A DNA stretch of 58,162 nucleotides, filler included, from Sphacelaria rigidula (GCA_964200075.2; 8 parts of 8 records of this genome joined end to end with filler, not necessarily neighbours in it); one strand, 5' to 3'. Positions 11,966-24,613 are shown, numbered from the whole stretch's first letter. A program made the numbers and translations. Notes: generated from the letters alone by a model not told the origin.

Positions 11966-12561
11966 CACGAGCAGGTCGGGCATGGAATATACCCTAAACC
12001 TGGGTATTTAGATTTTTCTTGTAGTCACAAACATTGAGGTAGGGAATTGAGATCGTACTCAAATTACCCAACATTTGAGTATACGTTAAGGAGGCCACAC
12101 CCAAGTGATTCTGTTTACACGAATTTTAATGAGACATAGTTACCCGCTCGTCAAGTAGAGTATTAGGATCATACCCAACACTACCCAACTTTTGGGTGTA
12201 GTATTGAGGCCATACCCGAAGTGATACTCTATACCTAAGTGCTGTTGATAATATTTACCCGTTGTTTAGGTGGAGAATCGGGAGCATATTCAACTATACC
12301 CAAACATTGGGTGAAGTATTGAAATCGTACCCCAAGTGATACTCTACACCCGGGTAGCGCTGAGTTCAACTACCCATGTTTAGGGTAGAGCAGTGACATC
12401 ATACCCAAGTGACACTCTACAACCGGGTGTTGCTGAGATTACTTACCCATTTGGGGGGAAAAGATGAGATCGCGTCCAATCTACCCAAAACCTAGGTGGC
12501 GTGCATTCCCGGGTATTGTACCCGTGTACTCGACATACATACCCTACCGAACCCGTCCTTG
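11966..12561. mobile_element. Non-autonomous hAT-like element with internal ~115-bp TACCCAA-rich subrepeats
   Basis: Near-perfect 8-bp TSD AAACCGTT (11958-11965) / CAACCGTT (12562-12569); right end TACCCTACCGAACCCGTCCTTG resembles the TIR of 56476-56852. Confidence 0.65.
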
Positions 12562-14299
12562 CAACCGTTGTAACAATAAAAAAACTGCTACTCGTAGTTA
12601 GCTTGTTCATTACGGGAGGTTGTAGATGATACCGACTTGGTTTCATGAGTTGAGACATAAATATATTGATCGCAAATGATAATCTGCCTGTCCAACGACT
12701 GGTTGCCCGGGCAGAGCGTGAAAAAATATATATATACTAGACAAGATGTGGAGTGTACGTTTTCCGACATCCCTAGGGTTCCACAACTTCCGCCCCTAGA
12801 GCTTTTTAGCAAGGGGGTTTTGCCCCATACACCGGGCAGCTTGCTTATGATCCGGCCTCACGGTGAAATAGATCACTCTCAATCCGAAGCATCATGAGTG
12901 CGCCCACGCTGCATTTATCAAGCTCGGGTCCAAAACTACCACACCCTGGACAATGACGATACATGACAGTCAGAAAAATGTACTGAGCACAGTATCGCCT
13001 GCTGCGTCTATTGCAATAGAAAACAGATGAAATACTCTTCGGAGTACACTTTTTGACAATGGCATCATCCATTGTCCACGCCAGGGAAACCAGAGCGCGA
13101 GCAAAGCTCCAATCTCATGGTAGCCGGCCTTCTGCCGTGAAATCAGAAAAAACATGTTCAACGGTTTCGATCCAAAATTCACAAATCAGCATATGCCTTT
13201 GTCGCACGCAGTACCTGACCAATACAGTCGCACACTTGGTAGGTACTATACTGACCGCCATGAACTACTGAAAAGAGAGGTTACAGCAGGATTTCTGCTG
13301 GAGATCATAGCGGTGACACCAAGGGTGAAAAGGTCCTGAAAGGGCATGTGACTCCTTGGGAGCATGGGCTCCCGATAACCCGCGAAAAATAAAGAATTAA
13401 AAACATCCTTCACCGAAAGTTTCGTAACTCTTCGTATTGCATGTGTGCAAAATTTCCGAATCCAACTCCGAAGGGTCGGCGTGAGCATTTGCGGCGACTT
13501 AGTTTTGGGACACAAGCGTGAACCCGGCTGTGGTGGTGTTCTCTCACAACCAGAAGCGGGGGGTGAAATTACTTTTTCTTCCGTTTATATCTCTGTAACA
13601 TTCACTAAACTCGGTCGGGACTCCGCCTCTCGTACGTGAAGATATTAAAGTAGGCCCGTGCCCTCAATGAGCTTTTTTGTTTTCTTTCCAAAAAAAAATA
13701 CGCGTCTTGATCAACAGAGGGTCGAGTTGACGCGGGAAAACCCCGCCCATCCCGTGTTGCAATCTCTTGATTTTAGTGTGCACTACCAAAAACAAGAACG
13801 CATGTTGTATGGGGAGAATGCGAACACTTAAAAGGGGAAACGGTCTGGGAGAATTCACACCTTGGACAGTGTATGGTCAAAACTTGCAACGGACAAGAAA
13901 AGTACTGCATAAAGTATAGGCCTATTGCGACTATTGTAAGCCGGCAATAGTTGCAACAGGCCTATACCTCATGCAGTACACTTTTCGTCTTTTGCATCTG
14001 TTGACTACCGTAATTGTGCGAGTCATCGCACACCCCCTGGACCAAATTTCCAAGCTCGATTACTCCATGACGAAGAGGGTGTCAATACCAAACGACGCGT
14101 TTTCGGACAGCTATCGACCACATCTTTCCAGCGTCACCCTTTTCAGAACTGATGCGCTTGTGGTTGTGGAGAAAGCGAGCTTGGAAATTCGGTCCAGGAG
14201 GTGTGCGATGACTTGCACAATTACGGTATATCGTCCAGGGCGTGGAAAAAATCATTCGTCTCGACGCGAAAAAAAAATGACACTAACCTCGACACTAAC

Positions 14300-14379
14300 C
14301 TCGGCATTGTACAGCATCTTCCCCCGCTGCGGTCCGTCGAGGTCGCTCGACGCGTGGAAGAGCAGCGTACAGTTCAGCC
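14300..14379 (-). CDS. UBA1: Ubiquitin-activating enzyme E1, antepenultimate exon (gene continues beyond the contig end)
   Basis: gtgcag| (G)LNCTLLFHASSDLDGPQRGKMLYNAE |gttagt; corresponds to the UFD motif GLxxxMxxxGxxMLY; splices in frame to 11876. Confidence 0.78.
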
Positions 14380-14400
14380 CTGCACCACAATCGACGAGAG

Positions 14401-14466
14401 GGGGGGGGCGTACTCATTTGTTGCTTGCCTTAGTCATTTGACCATTGACCACGCATCCCTTTCGAG
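14401..14466 (-). mobile_element. R2-family copy at contig end
   Basis: G-run + GCGTACTCATTTGTTGCTTGCCTTAGTCATTTGACCATTGACCACGCATCCCTTTCGAG. Confidence 0.8.
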
Positions 14467-14566
14467 NNNNNNNNNNNNNNNNNNNNNNNNNNNNNNNNNN
14501 NNNNNNNNNNTTAATTAATTAANNNNNNNNNNNNNNNNNNNNNNNNNNNNNNNNNNNNNNNNNNNN
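14467..14566. other. Artificial contig spacer 2
   Basis: Identical 100-bp N/TTAATTAATTAA/N block. Confidence 0.97.
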
Positions 14567-14698
14567 CTGATTGCCCAAAAGGGATAAAAAAATCAATCGC
14601 TGGTCCAAGGGGTATCCACGCAACTTTCGTGTGCCATTCGACGTGTCTGGGCTGCGTGTACCTGGGTTGCAACGCTGAAATGAAGCTTAAGGATTAAT

Positions 14699-14765
14699 TC
14701 ACGAGTCGACTCATCATACTAAAACCAAGTAGTTTCCAGACGAATACTTATTTGTCCGACCCTTG
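14699..14765. mobile_element. End of hAT-type MITE (CAAGGGTCGGACAAATAA family), abutting a 5'-truncated SINE A head
   Basis: Near-identical to 56690-56747 and to the reverse complement of 58091-58157; the SINE resumes at AAACCTTCTGAC. Confidence 0.75.
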
Positions 14766-15092
14766 AAACCTTCTGACGGTTAGGTCGTGGATTCGAATCT
14801 CGGTGCAGTCACACGATCCGGGATTTTTTCTCACGCCATGCGCAGGAGTGGAGAGCGACTATGTCGTGGGTACCAAAAATTCGACTTTACGGTCGACAAG
14901 GAAAATAGGACCAATGAACCCCTTTCGCGATAAAAATTAAGGCAAGCACCGCAGAAGGAAGATGGAGAGATGAAACAAAAAAAGGGGGGGGGGGAAACTC
15001 TCGTGTTGGCTCTTCTCCTGTTGTGACCCCGACTGAATCGCCCACATACACCGAAAGGTGCAAACTGGCGTCCAAACTAGACGGGATGATAA
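14766..15092 (+). mobile_element. SINE family A copy (5' part of head missing)
   Basis: Colinear with 3011-3318. Confidence 0.8.
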
Positions 15093-15472
15093 CAAACAAA
15101 ACACGTCACCTATGTTCTCCGTACAGAAGAATCACGTGCATTTGCTACACTGCATATCTGTACAAACTATTCCTTGCAATTTCAACCCACGCAATCCTTC
15201 TTCATACCACAACATCATTACGTTTACTCCTTCTTGCCCACAGTCATCGCCCAGAAATCATCGAACGATAAATAAAACCCTTGCCACAATACACCACGAT
15301 CAACTCAGTGCGAGAAAAAAACTCCGACTCGAGAGTTTACGCTCTGTTTCAATTTCATGACTCGAGAACCCCCCTCGCTTCCCACTCCCTCATCCAGCGC
15401 GGTCAATGGTCGAAGGACAGGCAGAAAGAAATGAGTACATTCCTCCTCATCCAAACTTTCCGATGAACCCAC

Positions 15473-16066
15473 CTTCTTCCCGAGCTGGAAGCCCCTCAAA
15501 TCCTCCGGCCAGGGTGCCTCGGACGGCACCTCAAACCTCGGTGGAACGTCCACGTGCCCCTCGATCCTCTTGAAGTACGATAACGCCTCCATGATGATAG
15601 GGAAAACCCCCAGCGTGGGCGACGACGCCGGCGAGGACCAAGGCGCCTCTTTCAACGGCGCTTGCGCCACACTGTGCGCCTCTCTCCGGCTACTACTGCC
15701 CGCACCGGAGGGACCCCCGCTCATGCTCGGCGGCAACGCGCGCAAGACGAATCCCTCCCCCCCAACCCCCTCCCCGCCCTCCCAACCCCACCCCCTACCT
15801 CCACCACTATGTTGGAGGGATATCCACCCACCCCCCATTCCCCTACTACCTGCCCCCCCCCTGCGCCGTCGATTAAGGCTGCCACGCCCTCTGCCTCCGT
15901 AGCTATTGACTTTCCACCGCACTTCTTCGCCCCACAGCCCACCGCCTCCCCTTTCGGGTCCTAGTGACGTTGCCCCCTCATCCATTGTTTGGGTGGCTCC
16001 CAGCCCGCCTTGTCTTGGCGGAGCACAAGTCCACCGTGAGCTCCAAAACGGCGGGCGTTGGTTTGG
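15473..16066 (-). CDS. Helicase-associated (HA)-type repeat protein, exon 2 (transit peptide, Gly/Arg-rich linker, first HA repeat)
   Basis: ccctag| PNQRPPFW...FPIIMEALSYFKRIEGHVDVPPRFEVPSEAPWPEDLRGFQLGKK |gtgggt; 594 nt, phase 0/0; ALxxYKxxxGxxxVPxxFxVPxxxPWPxxxxGxxLG is the stramenopile HA-like repeat. Confidence 0.8.
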
Positions 16067-19000
16067 CTAGGGTAAAGAGGAGAAACGAAGGGAGGCGAGA
16101 GGAGAGGGGGGTCGATGAAGATGAGCGTTGACGGCGCCAACTTGCAGACCGTAGACCAAGTGTGCTCAAGGGAGTAAGAGCCTCCAACGCAGGGGGGATA
16201 ATTCTTGACGTGCTTGATACGGTGGTGTGGAACATGACGCGTACTCAGGTTGTTCAAAATATGTCCTTACTACTCTCAACACTAAAGCTTGTTCAAAAGG
16301 GGTTTCGTATTCTGTATCTTACTGGACAGATGACGGCTTCGAGTGCTGCGACCCGAGTTGTTGGGTGAGAACGAACAACATCTATGTGCACCACCCCACA
16401 GCCCTTCCACAAGGCCATAATGGATGAAGACGACCTCGTCTCGCCGAGGAAGCCCACGTGAACCACCACTTGGCGATCGATCTCCCATCACAACCGTTCG
16501 ACTGAGGAGCACACATGACGCTTGCGGTAGTTTCGCGTCAACGTCGAAGGCGAAAACAGCTCTTTTTGGCTTGATTTTAAAATGCAAGAGAGATCGTGCG
16601 AGTGCAGATGCCGTACCGAGGTATTTGCCAGCCAAGGGTTAACTTCATAGAATACCTCTCCCTAGGCGATATAGCTCAAATAGTGTTCGTTTATTACTCC
16701 GGAGCTTCAGCAAGCCATAAAAACGCCCTCTCGGCGAATAATTTTCTTCCACCACAAGGTGCTCGGCATGTTCGATTTGACATAATCAAGGAACTACTGC
16801 TGTGAGCACGGGTACGCTGGCGATACATGCTTCTGTCTTGTGTACACACGACAGGTGTGCTCAAGAAAGGTAGAGTGACGACGGGTAACGAAATATGCTG
16901 CTCTAGTACGTGGAGACGAGGTACGTGAGGAAACGAGAGAGGGCATTGCGAGAAATGAGGAGAAATGAGGAGAAATGAGGAGTACAAACGCACACGCTAT
17001 TACTAATACTGTGCTCAACAGTACAACTGTACACTGCAAACATGATGGTTTGAGAAGACCAAAAAATTAAGAATCTGAGGATTTTCATGCAACATAGTCA
17101 CACTTGCGAGAATAAAAGGTGAAAATACTATCCACGCGGTTCTCCCGCAAAACTGGAAACTTGGTCTGCGCTGAAAATGGAAGTATATGTTGCGCGAAAT
17201 TCGATAAGCCATTCGTATACGCTCATGGGTTTCCACCGAGGCGTTTTGGCATACTTTTGCGATGTCCAGAGAGGTGTTTGAGGGTGATGGGACACGAAAG
17301 ACCTCGCATGCGGCTACGTCTACATGACAAGGGGCAGCTATGACATATTTTCGTCAAGAATCATAAGGTCATGATCCACCGCCTGCCAAGCGTATTGAAA
17401 TTCCCGCGGTTGTTCACCTGTCGGATGTGGAATCATGTTGCACTTGACAATCATCGCGAGGCGAAGTCGTCCACCCGCGGTCGCTCGAGGGGCTGAGTAC
17501 ATTGTACGACTTACACAGTAGGCATCTACATCGATATAAGACTGGGCGATGAACCAACCTAGTGGAGCCGCGTGACTCGACATCTTCCTTGGTTCAGTAG
17601 ACCTTGTGGGATCACGATCGATGAGAGAAGTCACGTATTGCTCGACAGGTGTACTTATAGCCTCCTCGCCGAAGCCCGGTCAGTTCCGGAAGTTCGTCGT
17701 TGGTGCGGCGAAATGTGAGGACTAACACCTTCATGTAACTGTTCCGAGAGGTGAAATATCGTGCTTTAAAAACGAGGAATATCACGGTTGATGGCAAAAG
17801 CCGAAAACTATGCGATGACAGGCTTCGACACCAGCGCACCGTGTCAGGAATAAAAAACAAAACATGTTTCATTAAGTGCCGGAGTGCCAGTATCCCTGAA
17901 ACAAAGGTTATGGCATATATAGATAGGTGATGCAGTTGTTTCTGTTCCGATTGTCTCATACTAATATATGAAAATAATAAAAAATAAGTCGTCCGTGACC
18001 CACAGACGGTGCAAAGGTTCTATACACAAAATATGCAATATACATCGGTAGTGCACTTGTTTCTGTTCTGATTGTGTCCCATACCAAAATATATATGGAA
18101 ACAATCCCAACTGCACCGTCTGTGTATCACAAATGATGACGAATATCCCAGCGAGTGCACTACTTACGTATATATGTCATAACATGCCCTGAAATGCACT
18201 TCTGTATGCGGTTTGCAAAAGATTGCTGGCAGGTACTGTACCGCGTGTTGTGCGCCGCGTGTCCATCCGACATCCTCCAATACGGTCTATTGTCCAGTGT
18301 GAGTCGTCTGTAATTTGCTGCCCTATGCTCTCTAGTGATGACGGTGTGTTGCACACTGCATACCATACCCCACGGCACCTGCTGCATACGGTCACGCAAG
18401 CCCACTTACGAGACACGAAGCTATCGCTGGGCAAGGAATCAAGCAGTGCTAGGGAGCGCTGCGTATAGTGTGAATGAGGGTCAGTCTTATCGGATAACTT
18501 GTCCTCCTCATTCTCTCTCTGAATAAGACTGCCGCCCCCATGAGTTAAACGAAAGTATATCAGTCAAACCCATACGGTACACCTCTGGGCAAGTACATTT
18601 TTGTACACGCCACTCAGATGGCACATGATGAAAGCTTGTACAACCCCAGACAAGGCCCACCCACATTCACTAGACATGAATCCGTCAAGTACAGTAAAGT
18701 GTAGGGCAGGGCACACCAACTGTTGACACATTATTCATCCCGGGCCGTGCACACACCAGGGCGTGATATCCATCGGCTAGTAGCGGCGCAGCATGTGCGG
18801 TCGTCGCTACAGCAGAAGCCCGCGGTCTCACATCAGGCATGAAAAACATCACACTTGACGCGCACTATCTTCAAGTGTGGGTGCATACGCACTGACTGAC
18901 CTCTCGTCCCAATCGACCGGAAGAATGCCCATGCAATAGCTCATTCCCCAGTGGCTCGCGACACGGCGCATGGCTGCGCGGGTGTTTCCGAGTATCGGTG

Positions 19001-19493
19001 GGCGCCTTAGCTGCTGCAGGAACCACAGGCTGTGAGTGCCACGAGCCAATACCCAATGCAGAGAGTCAGAGGAGTACAGCTTAGCCCAACGAGGAAAGAC
19101 AGAGTTGTGAGTTGCGGGTTGACCATGAGAGGAACGAAAGAGGTGTCGGAAACCTTGGACGGAGGAGCTTGGGGGAGGTAGAGAGCAAGCGTGTTTGTTT
19201 ACAGTTTTATGGGTGGCGTGCATTTGGGGATTATGGCTAGTGCCATGTGTTTGCTCATGTTGAAGGACCATACTGCAGTGCAACAGTCGAGTAGAAACGA
19301 CGATTTCTGAAACATGAGTTGTACAGACCATGCAGCTAGCTACTCAGCCACGCGGATGTTTTGAACGTTTTGATACAGACCCAAAGAAGGAATTGAACTG
19401 CTGCACTGCACCCGAACCCAGCAACGCTCACCGACGACAAAACACGCATCCTGTCACGTCCTCTACACTCGAGTCCGCCTTCCATTCACCCAC

Positions 19494-19595
19494 CTGAAAC
19501 GCTGCGGCTGGGTCCCCTAAGAACGCAAGCAACGCCAGCGAACAGGCGGCCAGCCGACTCGCCCCCACCCTCACACCGCTGCTATGACGCATCAT
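19494..19595 (-). CDS. HA-repeat protein, exon 1 (signal peptide)
   Basis: MMRHSSGVRVGASRLAACSLALLAFLGDPAAAFQ |gtgggt; hydrophobic core and AAA-F cleavage motif; phase 0 joins exon 2 to give AAA-FQP. Confidence 0.7.
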
Positions 19596-20194
19596 GAGCC
19601 CCCTTTGACTGTCTCCATCTGATCGACTGCCAACACGATGGCGCACCGCACACGCAGCTTCCCAATCTCCACAGATATCCCTTTCCAATCCTCGCGGACG
19701 CCGAGGTAGGCACTGACCCACGCCTACTCCTACTACTCGTACCACGCAGTCGTTCCTATCTACCAACACTCGGCCTGCGGTGGCGGCGGCGGCGGCTGCA
19801 CCCACATGGGTGCCCACAGACCCACCATTCTGATCATCAGCCACGGCGGTGCGTAACGCTCGTCGCCGGGTAAAACATGGGGGTTGTGGCATAGCAGTTT
19901 TAGGGGGGAAGGGTGGCGACAGGAGAGGAAGCAGTTCCTCTAATCTGTTTCCCCCGCTTAGAGCGTGCGTGGCAGAGAGAGAAAGAGATCAATTGGGTTG
20001 GTTTGAGGGATGACGGCACGGCCGCCTGCGTCCCGCTCGCTACAGTGATGAAATAGAAATAACGATTCCCGTCTGTTGTATATGACCAACGGGACACGTT
20101 GGGGAGAATCTAATTCCAAACATTAAAATTATAAACAAAAAGGTGCGTGTACTCCCGATGGAGGCAGATCACACACATTTCTACAGTGTGTGAC

Positions 20195-20599
20195 GTCGTC
20201 CCCTCTATTCTGGACGCCGGTCTACACCTTTCGGTATATGTGGGCGCACCAGCCGGGGCCACACAGGACGAAGGTTAACACAGTAGCGTTTTCTTTTTTC
20301 TGTTTCTTTTTTTTTCTCCCTCGTATCCGCTGAGTTCCCGTGACTGTGAACATGCATGTAGTGTGCGGGGATGAACAAGGTGTGTATAGGCAGCCGATTT
20401 CGGTAGCTGAAAACTGCCCAGAACGTGCAAGGGAGTATGCAGCGGCAGCTGACGAGTAAGTCGAATTTTGTGTACCCACGACATAGTCGCTCACCACTGT
20501 TGGGCATGAGAAAAAATCCCAGATCGCTCCGAGAAGTGAACCCACGACCCAAACGTCAGAAAGTGTCGAGGTCACCAAGTGACCCACCGGGACGACCGG
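20195..20599 (-). mobile_element. SINE family A copy with an unrelated internal segment (~20320-20450)
   Basis: Reverse complement colinear with the head and 3' end of 2978-3318. Confidence 0.75.
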
Positions 20600-20610
20600 A
20601 AACTACAGTA

Positions 20611-21495
20611 TAGTAGTCAGCATCAAAAGTTCTCAGAATTCGGAGTTGTTGTAGTTTTTGAGCTTTTCTCGAGTACCATTCTCCATTATTTTTACAACTT
20701 GAAAGTGCTAGCGCCGGTAAATTTAGGGGGAAAGCGTAGGCCACGCTCAAACTGCAGTGCCCAAGTCTTGCCCAAATTGGTGTTTTTGTGGCGATACGAA
20801 CTAGATACCTCGTTTATCAGGAGGGTGTTTAGGACCGTTTTTGGTCCAGTAAAAGTAGTTTTCCGGCTCTTCTGCAACGACACGGCAAATGTTCAGATAA
20901 ATGAAGATGTAAATCGTTCTTCATAATAACGATCGAGATCGTGTTTCCCTCCTATACTGCACAGACCTCAGTCTAGCATTTTCTGCGAATGACCTCTTTT
21001 CGGGGTTTTTTCGCATAACGTTTTCCATGAGCATTCGAAAATGCTAGCGTCGATAGTTTTGGCAGAATGAGCAGACCGTGCTCAAATCACAATGCCCAAG
21101 TTGGTGTTGTGGGGGCGATACGGAGCACATGGGCCAAGAAACATGGTTTTCCGGCTTGAGCGTAGTGGATAGGTAGAATTTCGAAAAATAATCATTTTCG
21201 AGTCTTTACTTGAATGATCGGGATAGAGTCGGTCCACCGAAAATACCAAAAAGCTCAAACCTGGGGTTGCACTTTCGCAGGACCCTCAAAGATCGGTCAA
21301 GCCCGTAAGTCACTCAATATTGATCGCAGATATTTTTCCTTTCAATATCTGTCAAGAGGATTGAAATATCTCCCGATGCCTACTTTTTGGCATCCAACAG
21401 TCACTGTGATGAACGGTGGCAAGCGAAACAAATTTGGAAAATATTCGAGAAACTATGAAATTACGAATTCTGCATACTTCTGACGCTCACTACGG
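20611..21495. mobile_element. Non-autonomous TIR DNA transposon (~890 bp)
   Basis: Left GTAGTCAGCATCAAAAGTTCTCAGAATTCG vs reverse complement of right GTAGTGAGCGTCAGAAGTATGCAGAATTCG; exact ends uncertain. Confidence 0.65.
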
Positions 21496-21749
21496 TATAC
21501 GCAAAAAAAGGTGTCGTGTACTCCTGCCACGCTCACAAACACTACTATATTCATTCGTGAGATTCAGAACGTAGTTTCAGATTCAGAGTGGATGATCTAG
21601 CGTTCCTAACAGACAACTTTTTTTCTTTCTTTTTGCTTGAGCACACGTCCTGTGCATGCAGCTCCCGTACAGTACCCCATTCGAGGAATTCGGCGGTCTG
21701 GTTGGTGAGATACCGCACAAAGCATTTTTACGCCTGGGGGGCATTTCGG

Positions 21750-21849
21750 NNNNNNNNNNNNNNNNNNNNNNNNNNNNNNNNNNNNNNNNNNNNTTAATTA
21801 ATTAANNNNNNNNNNNNNNNNNNNNNNNNNNNNNNNNNNNNNNNNNNNN
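21750..21849. other. Artificial contig spacer 3
   Basis: Identical 100-bp block. Confidence 0.97.
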
Positions 21850-21854
21850 CCCTC

Positions 21855-21935
21855 CCCCGTCTCGAAAGGGATGCGTGGTCAACGGTCAAACGACTAAGGC
21901 AAGTAACAAATGAATACGCCCCCCCCCCCCCCCCC
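21855..21935 (+). mobile_element. R2-family copy between C-runs at contig start
   Basis: CCCCCGTCTCGAAAGGGATGCGTGG...AATGAATACG(C)n. Confidence 0.8.
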
Positions 21936-22189
21936 CCTCCAACTATGAATCCAGTTGGCAGCCTTTGACAGCCACCGCGCATATACAATTTAGGAAAACC
22001 GGCCTCAAAGGTTTGCCTATACACGATTGCACCCACATTATTTGCGTGTGTGTTCTACTTTTAATCCGGTGTACAAACGTTGCGTATTCCAGTCGAATTA
22101 CTGAGTTGCAGATACCGGCTCGTTCTTTACAGTCATACAACGTACCTCTCCCCCGTCCCCCTCCCCTCTCTCCCCCTGGCGACTTGCAG

Positions 22190-22440
22190 TATCACGAACA
22201 ATGCCACCGCGAGACAACCCACGCCCACGCACATCGCCGGGGAACGAGCCCGAAGATTGGTGCAGCCGGGAGCACGACAAGGCCGGCACGCGGTCGGGGG
22301 CGGCCGTGAACGCACGATTATCCCAGTGGAAAGAGGGGGAGGACGACGTATCCATCATAGACGTGCAGCCCAGTCACTGGTACAACGTGCGACATCGTTT
22401 TTCCTGGAGCGGGGACGGCTACATGGGAGACATGCAGGAG
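22190..22440 (+). CDS. Orphan exon of an unidentified protein
   Basis: Pyrimidine tract + ttgcag| ...MPPRDNPRP...DVSIIDVQPSHWYNVRHRFSWSGDGYMGDMQE |gcgagt (GC donor); GC3-rich codons; family not recognised. Confidence 0.5.
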
Positions 22441-24613
22441 GCGAGTAGGCGGCATCACCAGCAATATTTGATGATTGAAAAACCACGGTGGCTGGGTCCA
22501 AGGCACTCAATAGGGCGCGCGGGGATGGCGCGCCCCAAGTCGGACATATACTTCAAGAAATCGAGCGTCATGGCACCTAATTTGTGTAGAAGGGATTGTT
22601 TGTCCCCCGGAATCTGGGGCTCTCTGTCTCGGCTTGGTGTGTTTTGGACCAAGTCGCAAGGACTGTAACAACAGCGCCACGTCGTTAGAATTGGAGTTTT
22701 TTTAATTGAACATTATGTTCGAGATGGAGTATCAAGCTCTAGGTAGCAATCGCAAGTAAAACGTTCTCGTAGCAAACACAACGCATGTACGTAGTCTTTC
22801 TATCTAATTGCAAATGAGCTCTATTAGTAGCGGTATACCAGGAAGACGGGGCCGGCTGTTGAGGTAAAGGATCGCTACAATCGGAAACACACATTATGGC
22901 AACCAAACTAGGGGTTATTTCGGGATATTATGTCTTCATATCAGGGCATCTAGCCCCGGGCACAACCTTGCATTCCCCGTGAGTATCCCGCTCCTCGGCC
23001 CACGTTACCCCTAGGAACTCACGGTAACGCTCACGTGAAATATCAAAATGCCCACGAGCAAACCCGCCGCGAAACATCCTCAGTGCTTGAACCGAGCCCG
23101 TCCATCATCAACGACCCATATGCACCCACGAACAACCCGTTGCGAAACACCATCAGCGCTCGGAGGAAACTCGTTCATGACGAGCAGGAAAGTATAACCC
23201 GCACTACTTGCCCCGCGGAATACAACCAGGTCCCTATTGGGGAAAATCGTCTTCGCTATGATTGATTTCTCCCGACCTACCCGCTAAAACAGAGAGTTCC
23301 TTTGACTCACATGCCTAGCCAGATTTTGCCGCGCGTGTGATCAAACTTATTAGACGCTTCCAACACAGCATATTGGACTGACGTCTGCGTGTCTACCCAC
23401 GTTTTCTCTGCCCCTTTTCACTCGTGGGGGGGACTCGGGGCCCAAAACGCCGTCTCTTTTCAGGTAGTATCGCAAGTGACTCATGTGCACACGCAACCCA
23501 TTCCCCCCGCAGTACCGCGGCAGCCACGGGGTTCCTTGGTGTGTGTCGTGCAAGGCTCGAGGATTGGAATGCGATTTCACTTTCGCCTGCGGTGGGGAAT
23601 TCGAAGGCGGGGCAATGATGGTCGACGCAACGTCGTCGGCAACGGACACTCGCAGCAGGCAAGAAAACACAGTACAAACGAAATACAGCTGAAACACGCA
23701 AACACAACAAAATACACCATTTTGGAACGATGCGCTATTCCTACAGACAGTGCCTCCTGAGGATTGGATGCTTCGCATTGCCAGATAATATGATTGTGGT
23801 ACGCCTAGAGGTTTAAGGTGGTAAAGAGAAGAACTACATTATTCTTCAACACGTTTTCGGATTGCTCGTCGAGAGGCCTGGATGACCGGGATCTGATCTT
23901 CCACAAAAAACATCCCAAGGGGCTCATGTAAGAGCAGCTTGATCATCCGCGGGATGCATGCCCGAAAACACCACAAAATATGCGGGTGGATCTTGTCACA
24001 TTTCTCGACCATGAATCCTGTATCACCGACAACGCCGCATCGTCCCACCGATCTGCCGACCCACCGACCCGCCCATTCTTTCCCCAGGAATACGTCCTCC
24101 AGGAACGGTGCTTGCTTGCCTGTGGCGGTGCAACCTATCGCTCCAAAATCCTGACGGCGATGACATCGCCACCAGCACAAAAACTTCACAGTACCACGAC
24201 CACGCACACGAGAAAACGCCGAAGCAGAAGTGGCAGCAGCACCACCCCCAACGGCAGCAGAAACAGCACTGGTGCTGCAGATCCAAATTCCACTGCTTTT
24301 CTCCGTCGTGGGAGTAGTGCTGTCCACGTTGATGGCGCTAGCAATACGAGGACGATGTGCTGGGAACAAGAAGACCAGAATGTCGAACACATGTGAGTCC
24401 ACTTTGTCCGACCGGTCATTTTCAAAGATGGAAAATAAGTACTAAGTTTTTGGGTTGCTGACTTGAACCGCTGCACCCCGGTGCTCTAGTGGTACTGTAG
24501 CTCTGTCTGTTGAGACAGTACAACCGACACCCTTGGGTGGGAGAAATGCGGGCTCAATTCTCGCCGAACGCGTTTTGTAACCTAACTTGCAGAACGAGTT
24601 ACATTATTGGAGC

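Noticed and set aside
11990..12500. CRISPR-like repeat/spacer pattern
   Set aside because: Degenerate subrepeats inside a TSD-flanked MITE; the spacers are homologous to each other, there are no cas genes, and the context is eukaryotic.
20448..20470. CTGACGA...GAA hammerhead-like core
   Set aside because: No stem II, no GAAA and no closing stems.
23483..23582. CVSCKARGLEC resembles half of a Zn2Cys6 cluster
   Set aside because: The first CxxC is missing and there are in-frame stops just upstream; insufficient for a call.
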